From positions 3,300,001 to 3,332,000 of the forward strand of contig NZ_LN831024.1 in assembly GCF_001457615.1 (NCBI RefSeq): DNA of 32,000 nucleotides, read 5' to 3'. This document shows positions 20,957-32,000 of this stretch, piece after piece. Position 1 is the stretch's first letter. The number at the start of each line of letters is the position of its first letter. A program made the translations under genes and the position numbers. The stretch is from Pseudomonas aeruginosa (GTDB lineage: Bacteria > Pseudomonadota > Gammaproteobacteria > Pseudomonadales > Pseudomonadaceae). The notes under the pieces were generated by a model. It did no database searches. It saw nothing but the letters and a program-made list of their open reading frames with translations, and was not told the origin of the DNA.

Positions 20957-20989
20957 AAGTTATCGGGGCCAGGTCGGTCCGCCGACGCG

Positions 20990-22414
20990 CTACGGCATCA
21001 CCGGCGGGATGTACGCCAGGGTGCTGCCCAGGGCCCAGAGCAGCACCAGCACCAGCGGGATGTGCACCAGCAACTGGACGAACGAGAAGCCGATCAGGTC
21101 GCGCGCCTTCAGCCCCAGCACGCCGAGTAACGGCAGCATGTAGAACGGGTTGATCAGGTTCGGCAGCGCCTCGGCGGCGTTGTAGATCTGCACCGCCCAG
21201 CCGAGGTGGTATTGCAGCTCGTTGGCCACCTGCATCACGTACGGCGCCTCGATGATCCACTTGCCGCCGCCGGAGGGAATGAAGAAGCCCAGCACCGCCG
21301 AGTACACGCCCATCAGCAGCGCGTAGGTGTCGTGGGAGGCGATCTGTACGAAGAAGGTCGAGATATGGTGGGCCAGGGTCTCGCCGTCGCTGCCGTTGAC
21401 CGTGGTCATGATCGCCGCGATCGAGCCGTACAGCGGGAACTGGATCAGCACCCCGGTGGTGGTCGGCACCGCGCGCGCCACCGCGTCGAGGAAGCTGCGC
21501 GGGCGCCAGTGCAGCAACGCGCCGAGCATCAGGAACAGCAGGTTATAGGTGTTCAACCCGGAGATCGCCAGGATCGCCGGCTTGGTCGAGAACTCGTGGA
21601 CCAGCCAGCCGCCGGCCAGCAGTACCAGCAGGATGATCAGCAACGGGCTGTGCTCCAGCCACTCGCCGGGCCGGGTCGGCGCCAGCCTGGCCGGAGCGGT
21701 GAAGCTCACGTCGACCCCGCAATCCTTGGCGTCGCGGGCGCTGGCGGCGCTCGGCGCGGTCATGTAGGCGATCACCAGCGAGACCAGGATCAGCGCCAGC
21801 AGCATGACCCCGGACTGCCAGAGGAAGATGGTCTCGGTGAACGGGATCACCCCGGTGATCGCCAGGATCGACGGTGGCAGGCTGGCCGGGTTGGCCTGCA
21901 ACTGCGCGGCCGACGACGACAGGCCCAGCGCCCACACCGCGCCCAGCCCGAGGTAGGCCGCGGCGCCGGCGGCGCGATAGTCCATGCGCAGGTCGCTGCG
22001 GCGCGCCAGGGCGCGTACCAGCAGGCCGCCGAAGACCAGGCTGAGGCCCCAGTTGAGCAGCGAGGCGAGCATCGACACCAGCGCCACCCAGCAGACCGCC
22101 GAGCGGCCATTCTTCGGCACCCGCGCGAGCAGGTCGATGAGACGCGAGGCGGGGCCTGAACTGGCCACCACATAGCCGCCGATGACCACGAAGGCCATCT
22201 GCATGGTGAACGGGATCAGGCTCCAGAAACCGTCGCCGAAGGCTTTCGCCGTGGCGGTCGGTCCGGCGCCCATGGCCAGCGCGGCCAGGCTGACGATGAG
22301 GATGGCCAGGGCGGCGAACACCCAGGAGTCGGGAAACCAGCGCTCGGCCCAGTTCGAGCACCGCATGGCGAAGCGCGCGGAGCGGCTTTCTTGGATGGGA
22401 AGGATAGCGGTCAT
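20990..22414 (-). CDS. atoE: Short-chain fatty acid transporter, AtoE family
   Basis: 474-aa multi-TM protein (SLVFGGLLVRALARR; QFPLYGSIAAIMTTVNGSDGETLAHHISTFFVQIAS; FFIPSGGGKWIIEAPYVMQVA). Confidence 0.87.
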   Translation of the reverse strand: MTAILPIQESRSARFAMRCSNWAERWFPDSWVFAALAILIVSLAALAMGAGPTATAKAFGDGFWSLIPFTMQMAFVVIGGYVVASSGPASRLIDLLARVPKNGRSAVCWVALVSMLASLLNWGLSLVFGGLLVRALARRSDLRMDYRAAGAAAYLGLGAVWALGLSSSAAQLQANPASLPPSILAITGVIPFTETIFLWQSGVMLLALILVSLVIAYMTAPSAASARDAKDCGVDVSFTAPARLAPTRPGEWLEHSPLLIILLVLLAGGWLVHEFSTKPAILAISGLNTYNLLFLMLGALLHWRPRSFLDAVARAVPTTTGVLIQFPLYGSIAAIMTTVNGSDGETLAHHISTFFVQIASHDTYALLMGVYSAVLGFFIPSGGGKWIIEAPYVMQVANELQYHLGWAVQIYNAAEALPNLINPFYMLPLLGVLGLKARDLIGFSFVQLLVHIPLVLVLLWALGSTLAYIPPVMP

Positions 22415-22524
22415 CGCGGATTCTCTCGGTTTTATTGTTATTCGGCGACTACGGGGCCGCCTGTGTGTGCTACGGCTCCCTGGGCACCCGGCCGTCCCGA
22501 GGGGCGGAACGGTACGGGGCCGGT

Positions 22525-22544
22525 CGGACGGTCAAGGCCGTCCG
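22525..22544. other. Inverted repeat CGGACGG-N6-CCGTCCG between atoB and atoE-like genes
   Basis: 7-bp perfect arms in an otherwise non-coding gap. Confidence 0.4.
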
Positions 22545-22626
22545 CCGCTCGTTCCCTGGACACGAGCGCGCCATGCCCCCGCGAAAGGACATGGCGCGAT
22601 CACGCCGCGAGCGGCAGGTCGATGGA

Positions 22627-23808
22627 TCAGTCGCGGGCCAGGGTCAGGGCGACGCCCTGCCCGCCGCCGATGCACAGGGTGGCAAGGCCCTTCTTCGCGT
22701 CGCGACGGATCATCTCGTGCAGCAGGGTCACCAGCACCCGGCAGCCGGACGCGCCGATCGGGTGGCCAAGGGCGATGGCGCCGCCGTTGACGTTGACCCT
22801 GGCGGCATCCCAGCCCAGTTCCCGACCCACCGCCAGGGACTGCGCGGCGAAGGCCTCGTTGGCCTCGATCAGGTCCAGTTGCTCCAGGCTCCAGCCGGCC
22901 TTGTCGAGCGCGCGACGGGTGGCGGAGACCGGGCCGATGCCCATGATCGCCGGGTCGACCCCGGCGCTGGCGTAGCTGGCGATCCGCGCCAGCACCGGCA
23001 GGCCCAGGGCCTTGGCCTTGGCCGCGCTCATCAGCAATACCGCGGCGGCGCCGTCGTTGAGGCTGGAGGCGTTGCCGGCGGTGACGCTGCCGTCCTTCCT
23101 GAAGGCCGGCTTGAGCTTGGCCAGGGCCTCGACGGTGGTGCCGGCGCGCGGCTGCTCGTCGGTATCGAAGCTCAGCGGCTCGCCCTTGCGCTGCGGGACC
23201 TGGATCGGCGTGATCTCGTCGCGGAAGCGCCCGCCCTCGATGGCGGCGATGGCCTTCTGCTGCGAAGCGGCGGCGAAGGCGTCCTGCTCCTCGCGGGTCA
23301 GGCCGTACTTCTCCGCCAGGTTCTCGGCGGTGATGCCCATGTGGTAGTCGTTGAAGGCGTCCCACAGGCCGTCCTCGATCATGCTGTCGACCAGCTTCGC
23401 ATGGCCCATGCGCAGGCCGGTGCGGGCGCCGGGCATGACGTAGGGCGCCAGGCTCATGTTCTCCTGGCCGCCGGCGACGATCACCTCGGCGTCGCCGCAG
23501 CGGATCGCCTGGGCGCCCAGGTGCAGGGCCTTGAGGCCGGAGCCGCAGACCTTGTTCAGGGTCATGGCCGGCACGCCGACCGGCAGGCCGGCCTTGATCG
23601 CCGCCTGGCGCGCCGGGTTCTGCCCGGACCCGGCGGTGAGCACCTGGCCGAGGATCACTTCGTCGACCTGGCCGGCATCGAGACCGGTCTGTTCGAGCAG
23701 GCGGCGGATCACCGCGGCGCCCAGCTCGGGGGCGGGAATGCCGGCCAGCGAGCCCTGGAAGCTGCCGACGGCGGTACGGGTAGCGGCGACGATGACGACG
23801 TCTTGCAT
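22627..23808 (-). CDS. atoB: Acetyl-CoA C-acetyltransferase (thiolase)
   Basis: 393-aa thiolase ([18 protein letters not shown]; [28 protein letters not shown]; [13 protein letters not shown]). Confidence 0.94.
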   Translation of the reverse strand: MQDVVIVAATRTAVGSFQGSLAGIPAPELGAAVIRRLLEQTGLDAGQVDEVILGQVLTAGSGQNPARQAAIKAGLPVGVPAMTLNKVCGSGLKALHLGAQAIRCGDAEVIVAGGQENMSLAPYVMPGARTGLRMGHAKLVDSMIEDGLWDAFNDYHMGITAENLAEKYGLTREEQDAFAAASQQKAIAAIEGGRFRDEITPIQVPQRKGEPLSFDTDEQPRAGTTVEALAKLKPAFRKDGSVTAGNASSLNDGAAAVLLMSAAKAKALGLPVLARIASYASAGVDPAIMGIGPVSATRRALDKAGWSLEQLDLIEANEAFAAQSLAVGRELGWDAARVNVNGGAIALGHPIGASGCRVLVTLLHEMIRRDAKKGLATLCIGGGQGVALTLARD

Positions 23809-23904
23809 GGATGGTTCTCCTGGATTCGCCCGTGGCCGGGCCGAATCGCTGCGGGTGGACGTAGACGGTGCGACAGCCTCCTATCCTACGCCCTCTGGAA
23901 AGAA

Positions 23905-23953
23905 CGGTCCGCGCGGCCGGCGCCTTGCGTGGAGGCGCCGGCCGCGCGGGCCG
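23905..23953 (-). terminator. Strong GC hairpin downstream of the CoA-transferase B gene, followed by U-rich TTCTTTCC on the minus strand
   Basis: CC-GCGCGGCCGGCGCC (23909-23924), loop TTGCGTGGA, GGCGCCGGCCGCGC-GG (23934-23949) is a 16-bp perfect stem; extends to 20 pairs with one G-U pair. Confidence 0.65.
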
Positions 23954-23957
23954 CGAT

Positions 23958-24614
23958 TCAGAAACTCATTTCCGGCACGTGCTCGGGGACGATCAGCTTG
24001 CCGGCGGTCTTCGCCACGATCTCCTCGACGCTGACCCCGGGGGCGCGCTCGCGGAGGATGAAGGCGCCGTCCTCGATCTCCAGGTAGGCCAGGTCGGTGA
24101 GCACCTTGCGAATGCAGCCGCAACCGGTCAGCGGCAGGGTGCAGTACGGCAGCAGCTTGGACTCGCCGTCCTTGGAGGCGTGGGTCATGGTGACGATGAT
24201 GTTCTCGGCGCCGGCCACCAGATCCATGGCGCCGCCCATGCCCTTGACCAGCTTGCCGGGGATCATCCAGGAGGCGATGTTGCCGCGCACGTCCACCTCG
24301 AAGGCACCGAGCACGGTGAGGTCGACGTGGCCGCCACGGATCATGGCGAAGGACTGCGCCGAGTCGAAGATCGACGCGCCGACGCGGGCGGTCACGGTCT
24401 GCTTGCCGGCGTTGATCATGTCGGCGTCGACTTCCGCCTCGCTGGGGAACGCGCCCATGCCGAGCAGGCCGTTCTCCGACTGGAGCATGACGTCGATGCC
24501 TTCCGGCACGTAGTTGGCCACCAGGGTCGGGATGCCGATGCCGAGGTTGACGTAGTAGCCGTCCTTCAATTCGCGCGCCACGCGCTGCGCCATCTGTTCG
24601 CGGGTAAGTGCCAT
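23958..24614 (-). CDS. dhcB: 3-oxoacid/dehydrocarnitine CoA-transferase, subunit B
   Basis: MALTREQMAQRVARELKDGYYVNLGIGIPTLVANYVPEGIDVMLQSENGLLGMG..., start at 24614; family I CoA-transferase B signature. Confidence 0.88.
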   Translation of the reverse strand: MALTREQMAQRVARELKDGYYVNLGIGIPTLVANYVPEGIDVMLQSENGLLGMGAFPSEAEVDADMINAGKQTVTARVGASIFDSAQSFAMIRGGHVDLTVLGAFEVDVRGNIASWMIPGKLVKGMGGAMDLVAGAENIIVTMTHASKDGESKLLPYCTLPLTGCGCIRKVLTDLAYLEIEDGAFILRERAPGVSVEEIVAKTAGKLIVPEHVPEMSF

Positions 24615-24648
24615 CTGGGGAAACCTCTTGTCGTTGTAGCGGCCGCCG

Positions 24649-25347
24649 TCAGGCGCGCAGCGTGCGTTTCTCGATGCGTTTCTCGAAGCGACCCTGGATG
24701 ATCCGGTCGACGTAGATGCCGGGGGTGTGGATCTGCGTCGGGTCCAGTTCGCCGGGCTCGACGATCTCCTCCACCTCGACCACCGTGATGCGCCCGGCGG
24801 TGGCGACCAGCGGGTTGAAGTTCTGCGCGGTGTGGCGATAGACGACGTTGCCGAAATGATCGGCCTTCCAGCCCTTGACGATGGCGAAGTCGCCGGTGAT
24901 GGCCGGTTCGAGGATGTAGTGGCGGCCATTGAACTCGCGCGCCTCCTTGCCCTCGGCGACCGGGGTGCCGTAGCCGGTGGCGGTGAAGAAGGCCGGGATG
25001 CCGGCGCCGCCGGCGCGGATCTTCTCGGCCAGCGAGCCTTGCGGGGTCAGTTCGACTTCCAGCTCGCCACTGAGCAGTTGTTGCTCGAACAGGGCGTTCT
25101 CGCCGACGTAGGAGGCGATCATCTTGCGGATCTGCCGGTCTTCCAGCAGCACGCCGAGGCCGAAACCGTCGACGCCGCAGTTGTTCGAGACCACCGTGAG
25201 GTCCCTGACCCCGCGCCGGCGGATTTCCGCGATCAGGTTCTCGGGAATCCCGCAGAGGCCGAAGCCCCCGGCGAGGACGGTCATGCCGTCGGTCAGGCCT
25301 TCGAGGGCCTCTTCGTAACTGCCTACTCGCTTGTCGAGTCCGCTCAT
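24649..25347 (-). CDS. dhcA: 3-oxoacid/dehydrocarnitine CoA-transferase, subunit A
   Basis: 232-aa protein ([45 protein letters not shown]), subunit A signature. Confidence 0.88.
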   Translation of the reverse strand: MSGLDKRVGSYEEALEGLTDGMTVLAGGFGLCGIPENLIAEIRRRGVRDLTVVSNNCGVDGFGLGVLLEDRQIRKMIASYVGENALFEQQLLSGELEVELTPQGSLAEKIRAGGAGIPAFFTATGYGTPVAEGKEAREFNGRHYILEPAITGDFAIVKGWKADHFGNVVYRHTAQNFNPLVATAGRITVVEVEEIVEPGELDPTQIHTPGIYVDRIIQGRFEKRIEKRTLRA

Positions 25348-25384
25348 GCTGCTGTGCCTCTTCCGGCTCTTGTGATTGTGCGTG

Positions 25385-25401
25385 CGGCAGTCTGACTGCC
25401 G
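25385..25401. promoter_or_regulatory. 17-bp palindrome CGGCAGTC-T-GACTGCCG in the divergent intergenic region
   Basis: Perfect 8-nt arms around one central base, between dhcA and the LysR gene. Confidence 0.45.
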
Positions 25402-25441
25402 GGTCGCACAGAGCTTCTCCGCTGCGGACTGATTTGTTAAG

Positions 25442-25475
25442 TTTGTTTTTCCAATCCATTGATGAGAAAAACAAA
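25442..25475. promoter_or_regulatory. Inverted repeat TTTGTTTTTC-N14-GAAAAACAAA immediately upstream of the LysR gene
   Basis: Perfect 10-nt arms, ending 3 nt before the ATG at 25479; AT-rich against a very GC-rich background. Confidence 0.5.
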
Positions 25476-25478
25476 TAA

Positions 25479-26399
25479 ATGACCGTCAAGCAGTTGCGCG
25501 CCTTCCTCGCCGTGGCGCAGAGCCTCAGCTTCGCCCAGGCCGGCGAACGCCTGCACCTCTCCCAGCCGGCCCTGAGCCTGGCGATCAAGAGCCTGGAGGA
25601 AAGCCTCGGCGGTCCGCTGCTGGAACGTACCACCCGCAGCGTCAGCCTCACCCCCGAGGGCGAGACCCTGCTGCCGCTGGCGCTGCGCCTGCTGGCCGAC
25701 TGGGACAATACCGAGGAATTGCTGCGCCAGCACTTCACCCTGCAACTGGGCAAGGTCTCCATCGCCGCCATGCCCTCCTTCGCCGGCAACCTGCTGCCGC
25801 TGGTCTTGAAGACCTTTCGCGAACGCCACCCGCGGGTCAACGTGGCGGTGCACGACGTGATCAACGAGCAGGTGCTGGAGATGGTCCGCAACCGACGCGT
25901 CGAGCTGGGCATCGCCTTCGAGCCGGAGTCCCTGGAAAACCTCGAGTTCACCCCGTTCTACAGCGACCGCTTCGTCGCCGTGGTGCCGACCGGCTCGCCG
26001 CTGTCCGGGCAGGAGCGGATCAGTTGGCGCGAACTGCTCGGCGAGCCCTTCATCACCCTGCAACGCCCCTCGGCGGTGCGCCTGCTCCTGGAAGAAAGCG
26101 TGGCCGCCGAGCACGGTCGCTTGCCGGTGGCGTTCGAGAGCCACCAACTGGTCACGGTCGGGCGGATGGTCGCCCAGGGACTCGGTGTCAGCGCCGTGCC
26201 GACCCTGTGCATCCAGCAGATGCAGGAACTCGGCGCGCGCTGCCTGCCGCTCTACGCGCCGCAGGTGCAGCGACGGGTCGGCCTGCTGCGGCTGAGCGAG
26301 CACAAGCTGTCCACCGCCGCCCAGGCCCTCAGCGACGTGCTGCTGCATGGCACCGACTGGCGCTCGCTGGCGCTGCCGCAGGACCAGTCCACGGAGTGA
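25479..26399 (+). CDS. dhcR: LysR-family transcriptional regulator, divergent from the CoA-transferase genes
   Basis: 306-aa protein with LysR HTH ([59 protein letters not shown]). Confidence 0.88.
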   Translation: MTVKQLRAFLAVAQSLSFAQAGERLHLSQPALSLAIKSLEESLGGPLLERTTRSVSLTPEGETLLPLALRLLADWDNTEELLRQHFTLQLGKVSIAAMPSFAGNLLPLVLKTFRERHPRVNVAVHDVINEQVLEMVRNRRVELGIAFEPESLENLEFTPFYSDRFVAVVPTGSPLSGQERISWRELLGEPFITLQRPSAVRLLLEESVAAEHGRLPVAFESHQLVTVGRMVAQGLGVSAVPTLCIQQMQELGARCLPLYAPQVQRRVGLLRLSEHKLSTAAQALSDVLLHGTDWRSLALPQDQSTE

Positions 26400-26466
26400 G
26401 GCAGGCAGCGGCGGGTCCGGTTATGCTTCCTGCATGTCCCGGAACAACAACAAGGACGGACACGCC

Positions 26467-28422
<1,956 letters not shown>

Positions 28423-28479
28423 AGCCACGGCGAGCCTGGGCTAGAATGCGCGTTCCGTGCTACCGCAAAAGGTAATCCC

Positions 28480-28758
28480 ATGCCCGTCGCCATGGCCCGC
28501 CACATCCTGGTCAAGACCGAAGCCGAGGCCGCCCAACTGAAGCAGCGCCTGGCCAAGGGCGAGGACTTCGCCACGCTGGCGAAGAAGCATTCGACCTGCC
28601 CGTCCGGCAAGCGCGGCGGCGACCTCGGCGAGGTGCGCCCGGGGCAGATGGTCAGGTCCATCGACAATGCCATCTTCAGGAAACCCGTTGGCGTGCTCCA
28701 GGGTCCGCTGAAGAGCCAGTTCGGCTACCATCTCCTGGAAGTGTATTTCCGCGACTGA
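28480..28758 (+). CDS. ppiC1: Parvulin-type peptidyl-prolyl cis-trans isomerase
   Basis: 92-aa PpiC-like protein (ARHILVKTEAEAAQLKQRLAKGEDFATLAKKHSTCPSGKRGGDLGEVRPGQMV...FGYHLLEVYFRD). Confidence 0.9.
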   Translation: MPVAMARHILVKTEAEAAQLKQRLAKGEDFATLAKKHSTCPSGKRGGDLGEVRPGQMVRSIDNAIFRKPVGVLQGPLKSQFGYHLLEVYFRD

Positions 28759-28776
28759 ACCGCCACCGGAGCGTCC

Positions 28777-29133
28777 ATGACCGCCGACCAGATCGCCGCC
28801 TTCTGCCTGCAACTGCCCGGCGCCCGGGAAGACCTCAAGTGGGGTTCGAACCGGGTGTTCTCGGTGGCCGGCAACAAGATGTTCGCCATCCTCGACTTCG
28901 TCGACAAGGACGGCGGCCTGGCCTTCAAGGTCGGCAGCGAGCTGTTCCTCGGCTATGTCGACCGCCCCGGCATCCGTCCGGCGCCCTACCTGGCGCGCGC
29001 GCACTGGATCGTCATGGCCCGCCCCTACCCGATGAAGGCGGCGGAGTTGCGCGAGGCCCTGGTCCGTTCCCATCAACTGGTGGTGGCGCGCCTGCCCAAG
29101 CGCCAGCGCCTCGGCCTGGTACTCGACGCATGA
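28777..29133 (+). CDS. MmcQ/YjbR-family protein
   Basis: 118-aa protein (CLQLPGAREDLKWGSNRVFSVAGNKMFAILDF...PYLARAHWIVM), family-like signature. Confidence 0.75.
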   Translation: MTADQIAAFCLQLPGAREDLKWGSNRVFSVAGNKMFAILDFVDKDGGLAFKVGSELFLGYVDRPGIRPAPYLARAHWIVMARPYPMKAAELREALVRSHQLVVARLPKRQRLGLVLDA

Positions 29134-29693
29134 GTCGCGACCGTCTGTACACCTGGGCCGGCCTGTGGCGCTCGCCGTCGTCCAGCTGGGAGGCCCTGCG
29201 CCTGGAGGACGACCAGGCGGAAAGCCAGTTGCGCGCGCCGGACGAACGCAGCGGCCTGCCCTACCAATTGGACTACCGGCTGCGCTGGGACGCCGACTGG
29301 CATCTGCGTGAGGCGGTGTTCCACGTCGAAAGCGAAACCGGGGTGCGCAAGCTGCACCTGCTCGCCGATGGCCGCGGCCACTGGCAGGACGGCGACGGCG
29401 AAGCGCTACCGGCATTCGACGGTTGCCTGGACATCGATATTTGGCCAAGCCCCTTCACCAACACCTTCCCGATCCGCCGCCTGGGCCTGGCCGATGGCCA
29501 GCGCGCGGAAATCCGCGCGCTCTACATCGAGGCCCCGGCCCTGGAGCCGCGTAGCATGCGCCAGGCATACACCCGTCTGGACGCCAGCCACTACCTCTAC
29601 GAGAACCTCGAAGGCAGCGCGTTCAAAGCGGTACTGCTGGTGGACGAACAGGGCCTGGTGATCGATTACCCGGGTCTCTTCCAGCGTCTCTGA
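29130..29693 (+). CDS. Putative glycolipid-binding family protein
   Basis: 187 aa from ATG 29130, overlapping the previous stop (ATGA); MSRDRLYTWAGLWRSPSSSWEALRLEDD...DIDIWPSPFTNTFPIRRLGL. Confidence 0.7.
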   Translation: MSRDRLYTWAGLWRSPSSSWEALRLEDDQAESQLRAPDERSGLPYQLDYRLRWDADWHLREAVFHVESETGVRKLHLLADGRGHWQDGDGEALPAFDGCLDIDIWPSPFTNTFPIRRLGLADGQRAEIRALYIEAPALEPRSMRQAYTRLDASHYLYENLEGSAFKAVLLVDEQGLVIDYPGLFQRL

Positions 29694-29817
29694 ACGCGCT
29701 AGCGCCGGGCACCGCGCGTCGCCGATAGCCCGGCGAATCCGTTAGCCTGCTTTCATTCGTCATCTGCAACGGTCATCATGGCGGACCGCGACAACCCACT
29801 GCGACCGCGTTTCCCAC

Positions 29818-31026
29818 ATGTCCGTCGATATCCGCCCCACCCCGCCGGCGCAGGACAGCGCCCGGCAGAACGTCACCCTGCAGATCGTCTCGGTGGTGAT
29901 GTTCACCTTCATCGGCTACCTGACCATCGGCATCCCGCTGGCGGTGCTGCCCGGCTACGTGCACGACGACCTCGGCTACGGCTCGGTGCTGGCCGGCCTG
30001 GTGATCAGCCTGCAGTACCTCGCCACCCTGCTCGCCCGGCCCTACGCCGGGCGCGTCATCGACGGCCTCGGGCCGAAGCGCGCGGTGCTCTACGGCATGG
30101 CCGGCAGCGCCGCGAGCGGGCTGTTCATGCTGCTCTCGGTGGCGATCCAGGGCTGGCCGGCGCTGAGCCTGGCCAGCCTGCTGGTCGGCCGCCTGGTACT
30201 CGGCGCGGCGGAAAGCCTGGTCGGCTCGGCGGCGATCGGCTGGGGCATCGGCCGGGTCGGCGCGCCGCACACCGCCAAGGTGATTTCCTGGAACGGCATC
30301 GCCAGCTACGGCGCCATCGCCCTCGGGGCGCCGCTAGGGGTGCTGCTGGTGCAGTGGCTGGGGCTGTGGAGCATGGGCGCGTCCATCGTCCTGCTCGGGG
30401 CGCTCGGCTTCGCCCTGGCCTGGCCGAAGTTGCCGGCGCCGCTGGTGCACGGCGAGCGACTGCCGTTCCAGCATGTGCTCGGCCGGGTCACCCCGCACGG
30501 TATGGGCCTGGCGCTGGGGGCGATCGGCTTCGGCACCATCGCCACCTTCATCACCCTTTATTACGCCAGCCGTGGCTGGGCCAACGCAGTGCTCTGCCTG
30601 AGTGCCTTCGGCGGTTGCTTCATCGGCGCCCGGCTGTTGTTCGCCAATAGCATCAACCGGCTCGGCGGCTTCCGCGTGGCGATCATCTGCCTCGGCGTCG
30701 AAAGCCTCGGCCTGCTGTTGCTGTGGAGCGCGCCGAATCCCTGGGTCGGCCTGGCCGGCGCGGCGCTCACCGGCTTCGGCTTCTCCCTGGTGTTCCCGGC
30801 GTTCGGCGTGGAAGCGGTGAACCTGGTACCGGCTTCCAACCGTGGCGCGGCGCTGGGCGCCTACTCGCTGTTCGTCGACCTGTCGCTGGGCATCACCGGG
30901 CCGCTGGTGGGCTTCGTCGCCAACCTGTTCGGCTTCCGCTCGATGTTCCTCTTCGCCTGCCTGGCCTCGCTCGGCGGGCTGGCCCTGGCCGTCGCACTGC
31001 ACCGGCGCAGCCGCCGGCCCGTCTAG
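29818..31026 (+). CDS. MFS transporter
   Basis: 402-aa, about 12 TM protein with MFS motif ([20 protein letters not shown]; [40 protein letters not shown]). Confidence 0.88.
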   Translation: MSVDIRPTPPAQDSARQNVTLQIVSVVMFTFIGYLTIGIPLAVLPGYVHDDLGYGSVLAGLVISLQYLATLLARPYAGRVIDGLGPKRAVLYGMAGSAASGLFMLLSVAIQGWPALSLASLLVGRLVLGAAESLVGSAAIGWGIGRVGAPHTAKVISWNGIASYGAIALGAPLGVLLVQWLGLWSMGASIVLLGALGFALAWPKLPAPLVHGERLPFQHVLGRVTPHGMGLALGAIGFGTIATFITLYYASRGWANAVLCLSAFGGCFIGARLLFANSINRLGGFRVAIICLGVESLGLLLLWSAPNPWVGLAGAALTGFGFSLVFPAFGVEAVNLVPASNRGAALGAYSLFVDLSLGITGPLVGFVANLFGFRSMFLFACLASLGGLALAVALHRRSRRPV

Positions 31027-31058
31027 GGCGTGCACCGTCCCAGGCGGCGGTACGCGTT

Positions 31059-32000
31059 CTAGAGCTCGCCGAGCAAGGCGCTCAGGGCCGCGCGCAACTT
31101 GCCGGGCTTCAGCGGCTTGTTGAGCAGCGGCACGCCCAGGCGGGCCAGCGCGCGGCGGCAATCGTCGCTGCGGTCGGCGGTGATCATCACCGCGGCGATC
31201 TCCGCGCCGTAGTCCTCGCGCAAGGCGCCCAGCAACTGGCAACCGGTAGCGCCGTGGTCCAGGTGGTAGTCGACCAGGATCGCATCCGGCGCGCGGCCAT
31301 CGAGCGCCTTGCGCGCGCCTTCCAGGTCGGTGGCGGTAAGCACCTCGCAGCCCCACTGGCAGAGCAGCGCGGACATGCTGAAGAGAATCTCGGTCTCGTT
31401 GTCCACCACCAGCAGCAGCCGTCCCGGCAGCGGATCACCAGCCGAAACCCGCGCAATCGCCTCGCCGGGTGCTGGCCGCGCCGGCTTGCGGACCAGCGGC
31501 ACCTCGATGGCGAACAGCGAGCCTCGGCCTGGAGTCGAATGCACCTCGATGCGGTAGCCGAGGATGCCGGCGATACGGTCGACGATGGCCAGCCCGAGTC
31601 CGACGCCACGGCGCTCGGAAGCGCGCCCGGCGTCCAGTTGGTTGAACTCGAGGAAGATCGCCTGCAACTGGTCGGCGGGGATGCCCCGGCCAGTGTCCCA
31701 CACCTCCAGGCGTACCTTGCCGCCACGCCGGCGCGCCCCCAGCAGCACGCTGCCGCGCTCGGTGTAGCGGCAGGCGTTGCTGAGCAAGTTGCGCAGGATC
31801 CGCGACAGCAGGCGCGCGTCGGTGCGCACTGCCAGTCGCGGGATCCGCGCACGCAGGGCCAGGCCGGCGGCACGCGCGACTTCCTCGAACTCCGAGGCCA
31901 GCGGAGCGAGCAGTTCGTCGAGGGAATAGTCGCCCAGGTCCGGACGGATCGCGCTCTGGTCGAGCCGGGCGATTTCCAGCAGGTCGGTGAGCAAGGTCTC
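31059..32000 (-). CDS. ercS: Hybrid sensor histidine kinase/response regulator, 5' end beyond right edge
   Basis: Minus frame open to the window edge; N, G1 and G2 boxes (NLLSNACRYTERGSV; VWDTGRGIP; GVGLGLAIVDRI) followed by a receiver-like domain (LLLVVDNETEI...DAILVDYHLDHGATG...LLNKPLKPGKLR). Symbol from genomic context. Confidence 0.8.
   Translation of the reverse strand, partial: ETLLTDLLEIARLDQSAIRPDLGDYSLDELLAPLASEFEEVARAAGLALRARIPRLAVRTDARLLSRILRNLLSNACRYTERGSVLLGARRRGGKVRLEVWDTGRGIPADQLQAIFLEFNQLDAGRASERRGVGLGLAIVDRIAGILGYRIEVHSTPGRGSLFAIEVPLVRKPARPAPGEAIARVSAGDPLPGRLLLVVDNETEILFSMSALLCQWGCEVLTATDLEGARKALDGRAPDAILVDYHLDHGATGCQLLGALREDYGAEIAAVMITADRSDDCRRALARLGVPLLNKPLKPGKLRAALSALLGEL

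Overview
The window looks like ordinary Pseudomonas aeruginosa core chromosome, by recognition of gene content and order matching the PAO1 PA2018-PA1992 interval; I could not run a database search. Left to right it holds: the 3' part of the RND efflux gene mexY; a 72-codon lipoprotein-like fragment that resembles the start of an outer-membrane factor gene; an SdiA-regulated/YjiK-like gene (minus strand); the liuRABCDE leucine/isovalerate operon; hmgR and hmgA-fahA-maiA for homogentisate degradation; an MFS transporter; a sigma-54 activator; a GntP-type permease plus bdhA; an atoE-like transporter, atoB and a CoA-transferase pair (minus strand); a LysR regulator; an acetoacetyl-CoA synthetase; ppiC; two small conserved genes; an MFS transporter; and the 3' part of a hybrid histidine kinase (minus strand). 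I see no CRISPR array, tRNA, rRNA, transposase, phage gene or defence-system cassette, and no convincing new multi-gene system. The most interesting items are: (1) an apparent 1-nt deletion that breaks liuD; (2) the outer-membrane-factor remnant after mexY; (3) a near-consensus sigma-54 promoter preceded by two RTCTC-N6-GAGAC inverted repeats, next to the sigma-54 activator gene; (4) a 20-bp-stem hairpin with a U-rich tail between the CoA-transferase genes and atoB; (5) palindromes upstream of liuR, hmgA and the LysR gene; and (6) gathering of acetoacetate-producing and acetoacetate-consuming genes in one neighbourhood.
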